DNA of 64,000 bases from Haliotis rufescens (taxonomy: Eukaryota): contig NW_025963813.1 in the NCBI RefSeq assembly GCF_023055435.1, forward strand, positions 21,266,001 to 21,330,000. Direction: 5' to 3'. The notes under the pieces were generated by a model, which worked only from the letters and a program-made list of their open reading frames with translations, was not told where the DNA came from and did no database searches. Positions 60,946-64,000 of the stretch are shown here, piece by piece; positions within the stretch are counted from its first letter, which is position 1; the number at the start of each line of letters is the position of its first letter. Position numbers and translations under genes: made by a program.

Positions 60946-63900
60946 TTGCTCATACGTACAGTCATAAGCTTGTCTGGCCAAGACTCGATAATTTTCAGGC
61001 CGCCGTGAGAAAGTTAAAGAATTTATGACAGCGGCGTTAAACAAATTAACCCACTGCTGTTTGAAATGTATCGTCATGTCATGTTTTGTACAGTTGATAT
61101 ATATATATGCTTGTCACTGTATATGCATGATTGTAGTCCGTGACCGTAACTGAACATGGAGACACGACACCAGGACGTCATGTTCAACCATATTGTAAAT
61201 GACAATTAAAGACATCAGTATGAGTAGGAGCCATCATTCGCATTGTGTGTCATTGTACATGAGACAAGTTAACTGAGGCCCATGTAACACCTGGTCATTG
61301 TGTATGGCCTTTAGATCACTTGCCTGCCATGTAATACCTGAAGCGCCAACGTCAGTATGGAATGCACGCTAATACACGTGTAAGCTGTGTCTGTGTTGAT
61401 GTTAAAAGCATAGGAATCGATTATATTGGCGTACATGTTTGTACATGTGCTTGTCAGTGTAGTGCTTCTAAGAGATATCGTTACATGCTTGATTGTCTTC
61501 GTTTAATTATTTCGCAAATTCTGACATTACCGCGTTACATGTATACCTTCGAGCACAATATGTGTTTGAACTCATTGAAAACAAAATGGCGACCCCTTCG
61601 TCTTTGAGTTGTTTAATAATTTGTAGAACGGTGAATGAATTCAGTACAACTATATTATGAGTTCAATCATTCAAAAAGGTATTCAAAAAGGACTTTTGTT
61701 CTGTCACTACTTTTTAGTCACATATTAAACTGACCAAGTTTCAAGTGAGGGTCTGTGTGATAGCCAGTCCTCACTTGGTGGATGATTGTTGTCTGTCTTG
61801 GTGTATGACGTCAACAAATCCAGTAATGTGATTGCTACAGTTACTATTCAGTGGGCTGTTATTACAAGATGTTGTATTTGCCGGACATCAATTGATCCGG
61901 CCAAAGTAGCATTCGTTTACGCATTTAAGTCAGTAGATTTGAAGATGTCTACTTGTTGCTGTGCAACACATTGAAGTCATGAGTTGTGAGACGAAATATT
62001 GATGCATTTTCCACTGTGCCCTATGCGGTGTATGTAGTTTCACATCTGGACACAACACCCAACGTATTACAATCCGCTGGACATACCCTCACACTGCAAA
62101 TACGTTGAATCAATAATTTCAAAACGTCTTCCGAACATTATCCAGACCACCAACAACATATTTTCACATTTGATATACATATTTAATATTTATCAGTATG
62201 AATTATTCTTTATGTAATAAACATTCAGTCTGTGTGATTACACGGTAAGCTTTACATATAACTTGATGTATTGCAAAATGTGAGAATATGGGGGAGAATA
62301 TTTCACATGCACAATACATCGGAGTACTTGTCACTCAAGCTATCGCAAGTTGTCACAAGAAGCCACACGATGCCAGAATTCGCCTTGCCTGGTGGACATA
62401 CATTTCCAGTTGACGTTCCAGGCCTGGCGGCCCGGTATCTTCAGTCTTCTTCTTTCAAAGCATTTCTGCCTCATTCTGTTAGCCGCCATCATATTAACAT
62501 CAGTGTCATGTACATAGGCTTTGATGCAGTAAATGGATCGAAGTCCAGCATTGAGTATAGAGATGAAAGGCAGCATGTATGAAGACACCAAGGACTCCAT
62601 TTATTGTGCTAATTTGCACCGGATGACCCGTTTTTACATTCCAACAAGGTTAACATCGTAATGATTAAACTATCGTGGACCCCGCGACTGTGTTGTTGCG
62701 AAGGGCAAATAATGTGACTAATTAGGTACAGACGCGTGTTGGCATAATGACAAGGTATGGTGCAAACTCTGACACTGTTGTGCCGTGTAACTGATGCTGA
62801 TTATTGTAACGTAAATGTGACCAGCTACATTTACATCATATACATTATATTATTGACTTTATTCAGGACAATCATAGCCAAATCCGTGTCATTAGATGTT
62901 GCCTGATAGACGCTAGCATAACAAAAACTCTCCTAACCATCATATGATGGGAAAATGTCTTTAAATCCAGTTTTGAAGTGAGGAGGTGTTACATGTCGAC
63001 GTATTACATCTCCATCGGTCTGCTATGGGAATATAACGCTAGAACGTGACACTTGTACTTATGTTGCAATAATGACTATGGTGTTCTTTTTTCCTTGAAT
63101 GTTGACATTTTCAATATACAGTATTCCGGATATATGGTGCGACATAAGATACGCCTTTTTGTTTTTGGGCGACTTTTGTTTCTAGATCCTGCTCTTATGA
63201 ATTGACAACAACAACTTTACGTACTACATCGAACAACAAAATTATCTTGCCAGCTGGTCATTTTTTACGCACATCAGTTAATTTGACAAGAAATCAGCTC
63301 AGATTTCTGCCATGAATACTTAACTGAAAATGTGTCGAGAAGTGGCTCAGACTGGTTATGTGATTATGTTGATCTTCGAACAGTTATAGTAACTAACGAA
63401 TGGGCGTAGCAACAATATCACGGGACAAAACATACCTGAATATACATGTCTATACACACGGACATTCAAGTGTCCATGCACGTGCAAATGAAATATATAG
63501 CACAATACTTGACAATGAGTCAATGGGATTATCTTATTATGTTATTATTCGTTTGCCTAAATACTGCTGGCAGTTACATATTAAAAATAATTATTAATAT
63601 TATCAGTCGATATAACTTTCACAAATCAATCACAGAATGTGGCAGAGTTTCGTGAAATCTTCAATCGCTCGTTTTGCAACACAGCGACCGACCCCACTTT
63701 TGTTCCTTTGTCTCCGATGACCGGCACCCTTCTTTAACATGTTCTACATGCCGAAAATATCTCGATTTTCTTGCTATGTTTTAAATGCAATTATTTCCGC
63801 TGACGATAACAAGGGCGTTCGATATTTCAATCACAGAGAAGTCGGGATTTGTCCAGCAGATTTGGGGTCTTGCGCAACTATCAAGATTAGATGAAAACCA

Positions 63901-64000
63901 CATAAACCACTTGAGTACAGATGCATTGTAATTTCCAGACGAGGAGAAACATGTTTTCATTACAGGAAGCAACAAATTTAATTTAATTTGCAAGGGTTCT

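Noticed and set aside
59560-64000. Host exons or genes in the final 4.4 kb and at 14760-19300
   Set aside because: Only short ORFs without recognisable domains. Small spliced exons cannot be excluded without RNA-seq.

Overview
This is AT-rich animal genomic DNA made almost entirely of mobile elements and tandem repeats. The SINE families suggest a mollusc, possibly an abalone-like gastropod (inference from memory). I found no prokaryotic genes, CRISPR arrays, rRNA or genuine tRNA genes, and no intact host gene I can support. The main feature is a full-length but decayed Polinton/Maverick (adintovirus-like endogenous dsDNA virus) at 857-14750, with AGTAGT...ACTACT terminal inverted repeats and a GTTTG(A) target-site duplication. 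It carries an rve integrase, a multidomain protein-primed PolB, a packaging ATPase, major and probable minor capsid genes, and several membrane or amphipathic proteins, but no recognisable adenain-type protease. A tRNA-SINE and a ~1 kb non-coding element are nested inside it. That 1 kb element has a second copy at 37.3-38.3 kb, and its two ends joined together complete an internal palindrome, which suggests tyrosine-recombinase (Crypton-like) mobility. The rest of the window holds a putative HDV-like ribozyme at the edge of a (TAA)n repeat, three or more SINE families, an RTEX-like and an L1/Tx1-like LINE relic, a MITE nested in a Kolobok-like element, and five large minisatellite arrays (32, 67, 45-46, 14-15 and 25 bp units). 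All protein assignments come from motif recognition by eye; no database searches were run.
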